Source: Sulfuricurvum sp.
GTDB taxonomy: Bacteria; Campylobacterota; Campylobacteria; Campylobacterales; Sulfurimonadaceae
Assembly: GCA_050178755.1 (NCBI GenBank)
Contig: JBFXFU010000014.1
Coordinates: forward strand, 661 to 64,660
Direction: 5' to 3'
DNA: 64,000 nt
A program made the translations under genes and the position numbers. The notes under the pieces were generated by a model, which did no database searches, was not told the origin of the DNA, and saw only the letters and a list, made by a program, of their open reading frames with translations. Positions 9,717 through 18,668 of this stretch are shown one piece after another (the stretch's first letter is position 1; every line of letters starts with the position of its first letter).

Positions 9717-10945
9717 CGGATTTGGCCTTTGCCGTAGATTTTATATTTGTACGTTGTCAGTCCTTCGACTCCCATCGGTCCTCTGGCGTGAAGTTTATTC
9801 GTACTGATCCCCACTTCCGCACCGAATCCGAAAACCCCTCCGTCGGTAAAACGGGTCGATGCATTGACGTAAACGGCCGCCGCATCCACGGCATCCAAAA
9901 AGCGTTCGGCCGTTTTGATGTTTTCGCTCAGGATTGCCTCACTGTGCCCGGAACCGTAACGGGCGATGTGTTCAATCGCCTCTTCTACCCCATCGACTAC
10001 CCGGATATTCAAAATATTGGCCAGATATTCGGTATCGAAATCCTCGTCGCCTGCCGATTCAACGTCGATAAGGGCACGGGTATTTTCACACCCTTTTAAC
10101 TGCGTATGCGCCGCATCGAACGCCTCTTTGAGTCTTGGCAGAGCTTCGGCGGCAATGGCACGATCGACCAGCAGGGTTTCCATCGCGTTGCACACTCCGG
10201 GGCGCTGAACCTTTGCGTTAATGGCGATTTTAACCGCACCTTCCAGATCGGCATCTTTATCGATGTAGGTATGGCACAACCCCTTGTCGTGTTTGACGAC
10301 CGGAACCGTCGCATTGGCGCTGACGTAACGGATTAACCCTTCTCCTCCGCGCGGAACGATCAAATCGACGTATTTGTCCATCTTGATTAATTGCGCCACC
10401 CCTTCACGCGATGAATCGGGAAGAAGGGCAATCAGTTCGGGCTGAAGTGAATTACGGACCAAAACCCCTTGTAAAACGGAAGCGATCGCTTTGTTGGACT
10501 CTTCGGCTTCTTTTCCGCCTTTGAGAACGCAGCCGTTGGAACTCTTAAAACAAAGCGCCGCCGTATCGGACGTAACGTTCGGACGGGATTCGTAGATAAT
10601 GCCGACTACCCCGATGGGGATCGTGACTTTTTCGATTTTCAGTCCCGCTTCGGTCACCCATCCGTCCAGAACCCGTCCTACCGGGTCTTTGAGAGCGGCG
10701 ATCTCTTCGACGGCTACCGCCATCGCTTCGATCCGTTTTTCATCCAGCAAGAGCCGTTCTTTCATCGACGGAGACAACGCGTTCATCTCGGCATTACGCA
10801 TATCGAGTGCATTCGCCTCCATAATGTTCATCGTGTTCGAACGTAACGCTTCGGCCATTTCGCGCAATATACGATTACGTTCGCTCCCGCTGAGCGTGGC
10901 AAGCGTCCGGCTTGCCGATTTTGCGTTTGCTAAAAATTGTTCCAT
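9713..10945 (-). CDS. proA: Gamma-glutamyl phosphate reductase
   Basis: IGVVGIIYESRPNVT, LKGGKEA, CNAMETLL, NASTRFTDG, ISTNKLHARGPMG. Confidence 0.97.
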   Translation of the reverse strand: MEQFLANAKSASRTLATLSGSERNRILREMAEALRSNTMNIMEANALDMRNAEMNALSPSMKERLLLDEKRIEAMAVAVEEIAALKDPVGRVLDGWVTEAGLKIEKVTIPIGVVGIIYESRPNVTSDTAALCFKSSNGCVLKGGKEAEESNKAIASVLQGVLVRNSLQPELIALLPDSSREGVAQLIKMDKYVDLIVPRGGEGLIRYVSANATVPVVKHDKGLCHTYIDKDADLEGAVKIAINAKVQRPGVCNAMETLLVDRAIAAEALPRLKEAFDAAHTQLKGCENTRALIDVESAGDEDFDTEYLANILNIRVVDGVEEAIEHIARYGSGHSEAILSENIKTAERFLDAVDAAAVYVNASTRFTDGGVFGFGAEVGISTNKLHARGPMGVEGLTTYKYKIYGKGQIR

Positions 10946-10971
10946 TGTTTGCCTTTTGTCGTAAATTTGTA

Positions 10972-11940
10972 TTATTCCGCTTCGCGACGGATGATTGCCG
11001 AAAGAACGTCGAAAGTCTTGGCATCAATCAGGGCATCCATACGCTCCAAAACGGCGCTGTGTCGGTAATTCTTCTGATACCGCTTGATTTCATCCATCAG
11101 ATCGCGGCACTGCTTGGCCTCTTTGTTGTCCGAGGCGTATTGAAGCTCCTGAATCAACGTTCTGAACGAAATGTTTTTAATCAGTTGATAAAACGGATCG
11201 TTCCCGCTTACCGGCTCTTCCGGAGAGTCCTGTTGGACGGTATCCTCTCTCTCTTGCAAAACCGGAGTCTCTTCTTGCGTCGTACGGATCTTGAATTCCG
11301 GTTCCTGAAACGCATCGACAACCGACAGCCGCAACAATTGCTCTTTTAACGCGGCTATCGTTCTGCGTTGTCGCAGCATTCCGTATCCCATACCGATAAA
11401 CACTACCAGCAAACCAAACAGGAGGTAATAGGTCAATCCGTTATCTTCGGATGGAACTTTTTGAACCGGTTCGATCACCGGTTTTAAGGCGGGTTCCGGC
11501 GCCACCGCGGGTTCATCCGTTAGGGTCGGTGCTTCGTTTTCTGCTGATGGAGGAACCGTCGGCAATGAAGATGGTGTTTCTGTAGCCGATAAAAAATAGC
11601 TCCCTTCCGTCGGACCGTAGTATTTGTTGATATAGGCATCGGCATAGGAACGTTTATAATGTTTCAGAATCTTCTGCGCTTCCTCTTTTGATCCGATCGG
11701 CTCAATCCCTACCAAAAACGCTTTACCCGAAGGGCGTGCTACGTATTCAAACCCGCATTCTTCTTTCAATCGCTCATCTTCCGCGCCCAAATGGGGTTTA
11801 AGCTCTTCGAGGACCGATTTTGCCTCTTTGAACGTCTTAAACGACGCCAACACTACTTTGTACGACTCTTGAGCCTCTACAATCGTTGCTGCGAAGACAA
11901 ATAGCGTGATTACGATCCATTTGATTCTTGTTACGGTCAT
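10972..11940 (-). CDS. Membrane protein: signal peptide, SPOR-like N-terminal domain, Pro-rich linker, one TM helix, cytoplasmic helical domain
   Basis: YKVVLASFKTFKEAK...YADAYI resembles SPOR; PSSLPTVPP...EPAVAPEP linker; TM segment YYLLFGLLVVFIGMGYGML. Confidence 0.55.
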   Translation of the reverse strand: MTVTRIKWIVITLFVFAATIVEAQESYKVVLASFKTFKEAKSVLEELKPHLGAEDERLKEECGFEYVARPSGKAFLVGIEPIGSKEEAQKILKHYKRSYADAYINKYYGPTEGSYFLSATETPSSLPTVPPSAENEAPTLTDEPAVAPEPALKPVIEPVQKVPSEDNGLTYYLLFGLLVVFIGMGYGMLRQRRTIAALKEQLLRLSVVDAFQEPEFKIRTTQEETPVLQEREDTVQQDSPEEPVSGNDPFYQLIKNISFRTLIQELQYASDNKEAKQCRDLMDEIKRYQKNYRHSAVLERMDALIDAKTFDVLSAIIRREAE

Positions 11941-13172
11941 CGTTCCATCTCTTTTTCCATTTGATTGACTTTTTGCATGGCCGCGATAACAACGGGTTCG
12001 ATGTCGCTGTAGTCGAAACGCGTCTTGCCCAGATAATGGCGGATTGATTCCATGTCGTTTAGTTCGATGGATCGGACCAGATCAAGCAGTCCGCCCAGAT
12101 ACCCTTTCGAATGAAGCAACGCTTCCTCGACCTCTTTGGAAATATTCAGTTTTGAGAGGATCTCCTGCTGAGGCATATGAAACAATAAATGGACCAAAGA
12201 GAGCATACCGACAAAATAGGCTGTCGCCTTTTCAGCTTTGGTTGCCGATGAGTTGAGCTTTTCGATCAATCCGTGCATCAGTTCCGTACGGTTGATGACC
12301 ATCAACAGCAATGGAACCCGTCTGGACTCTTTTTGGTCCTCGTCAGCAAACATCATCAACATAATCCAACGCGATATCGGGTCCCGTCCCATCAACGTCA
12401 GCACATGGGCAATCGAAGATACCGGGGATCGAAGTGAAAACGCTGCGGAGTTGATGAACTGTAATAATTTCATGCTGACGACATGGTTTTGTTCAAAAGC
12501 ATTGACCAATGTCGGCATTTCCGCATCACTTTGGAGCATATTCCACAATTGGATGATAGCCTGCTGCTCTGCGGAAAATCCCGCATGGGTGATGACGTTC
12601 GGCTGCGAAATGAAATATCCCTGAAAATAGTCAAATCCCATCGATCGGCACAGATTGTAAGCATCATGGGTCTCGATCTTCGCACCGATCAGGGTTACGC
12701 CATAACGTTTGATGGCATTGATCTCCTGCCCCAGCAATCGCAGATCACTTCGTGAAACGTCAATTTTCATAAAGGAGAGAAGCGGATAGAGACGGGATGT
12801 TTTCGTCATGAAAGCGCCATCGAATACCGAATCGTTCAGAGCGAAACTGTACCCTTCTTTCTTTAACTCCCTCAATCGCGTCAATAGCGTTTCATCGACT
12901 TCAATCTCAGGAAGCAAGGCATAAACTATTTTTTCGCGCGGCAATGAATGGATCAAATCGTAATTTAAAAAATCCCGGTTAATACGGATAAATCCGAAAT
13001 GTTTCCCCAGAATCGTGTCGATTCCAATCGTCCCCATTAAATTACTGATTACCGACGCGGTGATCGCATTATCATCATCGCCATGTCCGGTTTCTCGATA
13101 AAGAAGATCGTATGCCGCGATTTTTGCCCGTGTGTCAATGATCGGTTGACGTCCGATGTGCCGTTCGCCCAT
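11937..13172 (-). CDS. EAL-HDOD (YuxH/CdgJ-like) protein with degenerate EAL motifs
   Basis: GRQPII...AYDLLYR, MKID, FQGYFISQP, then HDOD (KLLQFINSAAF). Start moved to 13172 because TATAAT (13205-13210) lies too close to the ATG at 13202. Confidence 0.85.
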   Translation of the reverse strand: MGERHIGRQPIIDTRAKIAAYDLLYRETGHGDDDNAITASVISNLMGTIGIDTILGKHFGFIRINRDFLNYDLIHSLPREKIVYALLPEIEVDETLLTRLRELKKEGYSFALNDSVFDGAFMTKTSRLYPLLSFMKIDVSRSDLRLLGQEINAIKRYGVTLIGAKIETHDAYNLCRSMGFDYFQGYFISQPNVITHAGFSAEQQAIIQLWNMLQSDAEMPTLVNAFEQNHVVSMKLLQFINSAAFSLRSPVSSIAHVLTLMGRDPISRWIMLMMFADEDQKESRRVPLLLMVINRTELMHGLIEKLNSSATKAEKATAYFVGMLSLVHLLFHMPQQEILSKLNISKEVEEALLHSKGYLGGLLDLVRSIELNDMESIRHYLGKTRFDYSDIEPVVIAAMQKVNQMEKEMER

Positions 13173-13244
13173 GATTTTGAACCCACCCATCTTTTTTGAC
13201 ATCTATTATAACAGGGAAGCAATGAAAGAAGATTGATAGAAGTA

Positions 13245-13262
13245 TCTCCGCCAAAGCGGAGA
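13245..13262 (-). terminator. Terminator hairpin after dnaK
   Basis: tctccgc-caaa-gcggaga immediately past the dnaK stop. Confidence 0.6.
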
Positions 13263-13272
13263 GAAGAGAAGA

Positions 13273-15150
13273 TTACTCGATTTCGGCGTCGATAACGTCG
13301 TCGTCTTTTTTCGCCGAAGAGGCTTGCTGTGCGCCGCCTTCGTTTTGTTTGTACATCTGCTCTGCCATTTTGTGGCTAGCATCCGCCAGTTTTTTGGTAG
13401 CTGCTTCGATCTCTTCTTTGCTAGCGTCGGTATTTTTGAGTACCGCTTTCAACTCTTCAAGTGCCGATTCGATAGAGGCTTTTTCGGAAGCGTCAATTTT
13501 GTCTTCCATCTCTTTGAGCGATTTTTCGGTTTGGCTTGCCAAAGCGTCCGCCTGGTTGCGCAGATCGACGATCTCTTTGCGTTTCGCATCTTCGGCTTTG
13601 TGTTTCTCAGCGTCTTGTACCATACGGTTGATCTCGTCTTCGGAGAGCCCTGAACTTCCCGTGATTTTGATCTCTTGCGATTTACCCGTACCTTTGTCGG
13701 AAGCCGATACCGTCAGGATACCGTTCGCATCGATATCGAAGGTAACTTCGATCTGAGGTACACCGCGCGGTGCCGCCGGAATACCGTTGAGTTCGAAAAG
13801 ACCGAGCGATTTGTTATCGCGGGCAAATTCACGCTCACCCTGAACAACGCTGATGCTAACTGCCGGCTGATTGTCTTCCGCCGTTGAGAACACTTGCGAT
13901 TTTTTGACCGGAATAGTGGTCCCTTTTTCGATAATTTTGGTCGCTACGCCACCCAATGTCTCGATACCGAGTGAAAGAGGTGTAACGTCGAGCAACAATA
14001 CGTCTTTAACGTCACCGCGCAAAACCCCACCTTGGATCGCCGCACCGGCCGCAACGACCTCATCCGGGTTTACCCCTTTGTTGAGTGTTTTACCGCCGAA
14101 TACGTCGGAAACCATTTTTTGCGCCAACGGAACACGCGTCGATCCACCGACCATGATGATCTCGTTGATCTCATTTTTGCCCATTCCGGCTTCTTTCATC
14201 GCCGTGTTGATGTGCGCGATCGTCTCTTTGATCAGATCGTCGATCATCCCTTCGAATTTTGCACGGGTCAGTTTGATGACCAAGTGTTTAGGCCCTGTAG
14301 CATCTGCCGTGATAAACGGAAGGTTGATCTCGGTTTCTTCTGCCGATGAGAGCTCTTTTTTCGCGTTTTCAGCCGCGTCTTTTAGACGTTGAAGCGCCAT
14401 TTTATCGGCTTTCAAATCGATACCGTGGTCAGATTTGAATTCAGATGCGAGGAAATCAACGATTTTATTATCGAAGTCGTCCCCACCGAGGAATGCATTC
14501 CCGTCCGTTGAAAGAACTTCAAACGTACCTTCGGAAATTTCAAGAACCGTTACGTCGAACGTTCCGCCCCCAAGATCGTAAACGAGAACTTTTTCATCCC
14601 CTTTGGATTCAAGACCGTACGCCAGTGCGGAAGCCGTCGGCTCGTTGATGATACGAAGGACGTTAAGCCCTGCGATCGTTCCCGCTTCTTTTGTCGCTTT
14701 ACGTTGAGCATCATTGAAGTATGCCGGAACGGTGATAACCGCATCGGTTACCGCTTGACCGAGATAACTTTCCGCATCCGCTTTGAGTTTTGAGAGGATT
14801 TTTGCCGAGATCTCTTGCGGCGTATACACTTTACCCGCTACGTCAACCGCAGCCATACCGTTTTTATCGACGATTTTATAGGTAACTTTGTCGTGTGCTT
14901 CTTTCGCTTTTTCCTCGTTCATCATCAAACCCATAATACGTTTGACCGAGTAGATCGTTTTATCCGGATTGGTGATTGCCTGACGTTTTGCCGGGTCACC
15001 GACAAGGATTTCCCCTTTGTCCGTAAACGCTACAACGGAAGGAGTCGTATTTTTTCCCTCTTTGTTCGGGATGATTTTTGCTTCGCCGCCTTCATAGACA
15101 GCAACACATGAGTTGGTTGTTCCAAGGTCGATACCAATAACTTTTGACAT
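13273..15150 (-). CDS. dnaK: Molecular chaperone DnaK
   Basis: [35 protein letters not shown]-terminal DDVIDAE. Confidence 0.99.
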   Translation of the reverse strand: MSKVIGIDLGTTNSCVAVYEGGEAKIIPNKEGKNTTPSVVAFTDKGEILVGDPAKRQAITNPDKTIYSVKRIMGLMMNEEKAKEAHDKVTYKIVDKNGMAAVDVAGKVYTPQEISAKILSKLKADAESYLGQAVTDAVITVPAYFNDAQRKATKEAGTIAGLNVLRIINEPTASALAYGLESKGDEKVLVYDLGGGTFDVTVLEISEGTFEVLSTDGNAFLGGDDFDNKIVDFLASEFKSDHGIDLKADKMALQRLKDAAENAKKELSSAEETEINLPFITADATGPKHLVIKLTRAKFEGMIDDLIKETIAHINTAMKEAGMGKNEINEIIMVGGSTRVPLAQKMVSDVFGGKTLNKGVNPDEVVAAGAAIQGGVLRGDVKDVLLLDVTPLSLGIETLGGVATKIIEKGTTIPVKKSQVFSTAEDNQPAVSISVVQGEREFARDNKSLGLFELNGIPAAPRGVPQIEVTFDIDANGILTVSASDKGTGKSQEIKITGSSGLSEDEINRMVQDAEKHKAEDAKRKEIVDLRNQADALASQTEKSLKEMEDKIDASEKASIESALEELKAVLKNTDASKEEIEAATKKLADASHKMAEQMYKQNEGGAQQASSAKKDDDVIDAEIE

Positions 15151-15190
15151 TTTGTTCTCCTGTTTCAGTGAATAATTATTTATTAGATAG

Positions 15191-15274
15191 CGCCGATGCC
15201 GAAAGCATCGGTGTACTTTAGCGGCTTAGCGCCCAGCGTAGGATATCGGGGCTATGCTCCGATATCCGTTCAAA
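15191..15274 (+). repeat. Palindrome-rich intergenic element between grpE and dnaK (REP-like; related copy at 25380-25417)
   Basis: Hairpins ccgatgc-cgaaa/gcatcgg and ggatatcgg..ccgatatcc. Blocks ttagcggc, agcgtag, gctwtgctccgat and cgttcaaa are shared with the second copy. Confidence 0.5.
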
Positions 15275-15814
15275 TTAATTTGCAATAACGACCATTGCGT
15301 CACGCAATGTTCGCTCTTTATATCGAAACCCTTTTTGGAAAGTGTTTACGATTGCTCCGCTTTCATGATCCGGGCTGTCCACACGCTGTACCGCGTTGTG
15401 GATATTCGGGTCAAACGGCTCTGATTCATCCACCGGAGTGACTCCGTGTTTTTCGAGAACACCGAGAAGCTGTTTCATCGTGAGTTCAACACCCTCTTTG
15501 AGTTTCTCCAAAAGAACCGCAGGCTCCGCTTCGATCTCCGCCGCACCGATCGCCATGGAAAGCGAATCGACCACCGGGATCAAATCCTTAGCAAATTTTT
15601 CGTTTGCGTACTCAAGCGCCTGGTATTTCTCCCGCTCAAGACGTTTTTTGATATTGTCGAAATCGGCGTGTACACGTGCGTACTTATCTTTAAAAGATGC
15701 CAATTCGGCTTGAATAGTTTCTAATTCGTTCATGCTTTCAACGATTTCGCTTTCACCCTCTTGTGTGACAGTCTGCTCGTCGCTGATCACGTCTTCATTT
15801 ATTTCGTTAGACAT
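15275..15814 (-). CDS. grpE: Nucleotide exchange factor GrpE
   Basis: ARVHADFDNIKKR, FDPNIHNAV, QKGFRYKERTLRDAMV. Confidence 0.97.
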   Translation of the reverse strand: MSNEINEDVISDEQTVTQEGESEIVESMNELETIQAELASFKDKYARVHADFDNIKKRLEREKYQALEYANEKFAKDLIPVVDSLSMAIGAAEIEAEPAVLLEKLKEGVELTMKQLLGVLEKHGVTPVDESEPFDPNIHNAVQRVDSPDHESGAIVNTFQKGFRYKERTLRDAMVVIAN

Positions 15815-15848
15815 AAGTTATACGACTCCTTATTTGAAATCCAGCGTT

Positions 15849-15879
15849 ATTATAATGCATTGAGTCAAGTGTTGTCAAG
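15849..15879 (-). promoter_or_regulatory. Sigma70 promoter of grpE-dnaK (TTGACA-N18-TATAAT) overlapped by a HAIR-like HspR site
   Basis: Minus strand has TTGACA at 15878-15873 and TATAAT at 15854-15849. ATTGAGT-N7-TGTCAAG (15859-15879) matches the HAIR consensus CTTGAGT-N7-ACTCAAG at 11/14 positions. Confidence 0.65.
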
Positions 15880-15979
15880 AGTAAAGTAAATATTTTTACT
15901 AAATAAAGTTGAGTCCATATATATAAATGTTTGTCACTATAGAGATTTGGGCTATAATATACAAAAAAAAAGTGACGCA

Positions 15980-17377
15980 ATGTTTACCAAACGGGTATTT
16001 TTACTGATCGGGCTGATGGTTTTTTCCCTCATCGTCTGGCAAACGCCGCCGCCGTTGGGAATCGAGTCGGCGGCATGGAAACTGTTCGCCGTCTTCTTGA
16101 GCACCATTTTGTCGATCCTGCTCAACCTCCTTCCTATATTGACCGCTTCGTTGATGGCTCTGGCCGTTTCGGTCCTTGGCGGCATCATCGATCCGGCCAA
16201 AGCCTACGCCGGTTTTTCGGAAAGTTTCATTCTGCTCATCGTCGCCGCTTTTCTCGTATCGCAAGCCGTCCACAAATCGGGACTTGGAAAACGTCTCTCA
16301 CTCCACATCATCCGCCGATTCGGAAGCTCGACGCTGGGTTTGGGATACAGCCTGATCCTCTCGGATATGATCATTGCCCCCGCCTTTCCAAGCAACACGG
16401 CCCGTTCCGGAGTACTCTATCCGATCGTCTACGGGCTCGCCCACGACTGCGGGTCCAAAGTGGGCGACGGTACCCGGAAAAAAGCGGGAAGCTATCTCAT
16501 GATGGTCTCAATGGCCGGACTGACCCTCTCTTCGGGGCTTTGGCTCACGGCGATGGCCGTCAATCCCGTCGGCGTCGAGGTCGCTGCCAAAATGGGAATT
16601 TCCATCACTTTCGGAAGTTGGCTCTCGTACGCATTTCTCCCCACGCTCGCTGCTTTTATCCTGATCCCGCTTTTTTTGTACCGTATTTATCCTCCGGAAC
16701 TTAAAAGTACCCCAGAAGCGCCGCATAAAGCCTCCGAAGCTCTTGTAGCGATGGGACCGATCAGCAAAAACGAATGGATCACGGCCGGAGTTTTCGTCTC
16801 GATGCTCTCTTTATGGTCGTTGTCCGGGATATTCGGCATCGACAAAACGGCCGTCGCCTTTGGCGGCTTGGGTATCCTTTTGTCCAGTCGGGTCTTTAGC
16901 GTGGAGGATTTCAAAACCCAGGGAGAGGCCCTCTCGACCTTAATCTGGTTTGCCATTTTGTTCGGGATATCATCCCAACTGGCCGAAATGGGATTCATGA
17001 ATGCCGTGGCCGAACATTTTACAGGCTATCTCAACGCAATGACGTGGTGGTCGGTTTATCTGATTTTGATTGTCCTGTACGTTTTGATCCACTATTTGTT
17101 TGTGTCGCAGAGTGCCCATTTGCTCGCCTTGTACGGAATTTTTCTCTCGATCGGCCTTTCGGCAGGAGTTCCTGGCCCTTTAATGGCCATGATGCTGCTA
17201 TTCGCTACCAATTTCAACGCCACGATAACGCCGCAGGGATCATCGTGTAACGCCATCTATCTGAGTTCGGGATACATTACGGCCCGGGAAATCTATTTCT
17301 ACGGCGGGGCGGTGACCTTGCTGAATCTGATCGTATTTTTAACGGTGGGAACCCCATGGATTTTAGCCATTTCCTGA
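15980..17377 (+). CDS. DASS-family divalent anion/Na+ symporter
   Basis: Multiple TM segments; PAFPSNTARSG, LWLTAMAVNP and FVSQSAH motifs; TATAAT at 15953-15958. Confidence 0.92.
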   Translation: MFTKRVFLLIGLMVFSLIVWQTPPPLGIESAAWKLFAVFLSTILSILLNLLPILTASLMALAVSVLGGIIDPAKAYAGFSESFILLIVAAFLVSQAVHKSGLGKRLSLHIIRRFGSSTLGLGYSLILSDMIIAPAFPSNTARSGVLYPIVYGLAHDCGSKVGDGTRKKAGSYLMMVSMAGLTLSSGLWLTAMAVNPVGVEVAAKMGISITFGSWLSYAFLPTLAAFILIPLFLYRIYPPELKSTPEAPHKASEALVAMGPISKNEWITAGVFVSMLSLWSLSGIFGIDKTAVAFGGLGILLSSRVFSVEDFKTQGEALSTLIWFAILFGISSQLAEMGFMNAVAEHFTGYLNAMTWWSVYLILIVLYVLIHYLFVSQSAHLLALYGIFLSIGLSAGVPGPLMAMMLLFATNFNATITPQGSSCNAIYLSSGYITAREIYFYGGAVTLLNLIVFLTVGTPWILAIS

Positions 17378-18624
17378 TCTATTGGCGAAAAGCCTATCGG
17401 ACCCGAAGCGGACGGTGGGGGATTCGCATCGGCGGATTGATCGTGCTCCTTTACCTCTTGCTGTTTTCTTCGCCCGGAAATCGCATCATGGGATCGCTCA
17501 TCGAGCTCATCGTCCAATCGACGCTCAATCCCAGCGTCGAAATCGATTCTTTCCGTCTGCGCCATAACAAAATCGCACTCAGTGCCCATGACCGATTTGC
17601 CAATACCTTTTCACTGCAGGGGGAATATTCGCTGATGACCGTGCAGATGTATGCCTACTACCGACTGCACGCTCCGACCGGTGGCGGGATGAATCCGCTG
17701 AAAAGCGATCTGAATGCTACAGGGATTCTCAAAGGGGGCTTCGTCGCTTTTGAGATTCTGGGTGAAGCCGATGCCTTTCACGGCACCCTCCGCTATGACA
17801 TTCAACTTCAGCGGATGAAGTTTTCCAATCTCCAATTGAGCGTGACCGATCTCGCGTACGCTCCGCTGATGCACGAATTCGGATATCCGTCCAAAACCGA
17901 TACGCGCATCAACGCAGAGGCCGCATTAAGCGGTTTTGAACGCAGGGACGTCGCGGGATCGCTCCGTCTCGAATCCGCTACGGAGCGTTTTACCCCGACT
18001 CCGATTCTTCCGGATGATAACGAAACGATCGATTTACACTCGTTATTGGCCGACGAAAACGGGATCGTCCCACCCTTTCGCATCCATCTGTCGGCCGACG
18101 TAGCTATCGCCCATTCCGGGATACTGGAACAATTTGTCAAAATTCCCATGAATGGTCCGTTAAACGCCAAAGCGACCGTATCCGGGAATGAAAAAGATCT
18201 TCGGCTTCAGATACGCTCCGACGTTGCCCAAAGCGATTCGGAAGGGTTGATCCATTTTCGCGATCTCGAACCGGATGCACTTACCTTTTCGGTCCGAGAT
18301 GCCGACGTCGCCAAACTCTTTTCACTGTTTGACCTCAAAGCGCCCGTCAATGCCAAAGGGACTTTTAACGCGCATCTCAATACAAAGGGGGGAACACTCT
18401 CCGTCGATCTCAAAAACGGCTCGACGTTTCCCGCCGTATTGAAAAGCGAGTACGGCCTCAGCCAGCCTCCGCTCCGATTCGACGGCAATATCACCGCCCG
18501 TATCGATCCCGACGGGGTACGTTATCACGGAACGTTACGAACCGACCTTATCAGAATGGAATTTGACCGTAACGCAACGCATGATTCGATGCTTCGGGAA
18601 CTATTAAATACCCTGAAGGGATAA
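17356..18624 (+). CDS. Uncharacterised membrane-anchored beta-rich protein (AsmA-like)
   Basis: N-terminal TM anchor followed by alternating hydrophobic beta-type segments; no firm family motif. Confidence 0.55.
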   Translation: MDFSHFLIYWRKAYRTRSGRWGIRIGGLIVLLYLLLFSSPGNRIMGSLIELIVQSTLNPSVEIDSFRLRHNKIALSAHDRFANTFSLQGEYSLMTVQMYAYYRLHAPTGGGMNPLKSDLNATGILKGGFVAFEILGEADAFHGTLRYDIQLQRMKFSNLQLSVTDLAYAPLMHEFGYPSKTDTRINAEAALSGFERRDVAGSLRLESATERFTPTPILPDDNETIDLHSLLADENGIVPPFRIHLSADVAIAHSGILEQFVKIPMNGPLNAKATVSGNEKDLRLQIRSDVAQSDSEGLIHFRDLEPDALTFSVRDADVAKLFSLFDLKAPVNAKGTFNAHLNTKGGTLSVDLKNGSTFPAVLKSEYGLSQPPLRFDGNITARIDPDGVRYHGTLRTDLIRMEFDRNATHDSMLRELLNTLKG

Positions 18625-18668
18625 AAACCAAAAGGTGAAATTCAACCTTTTTCCATGACAATCGCGGC

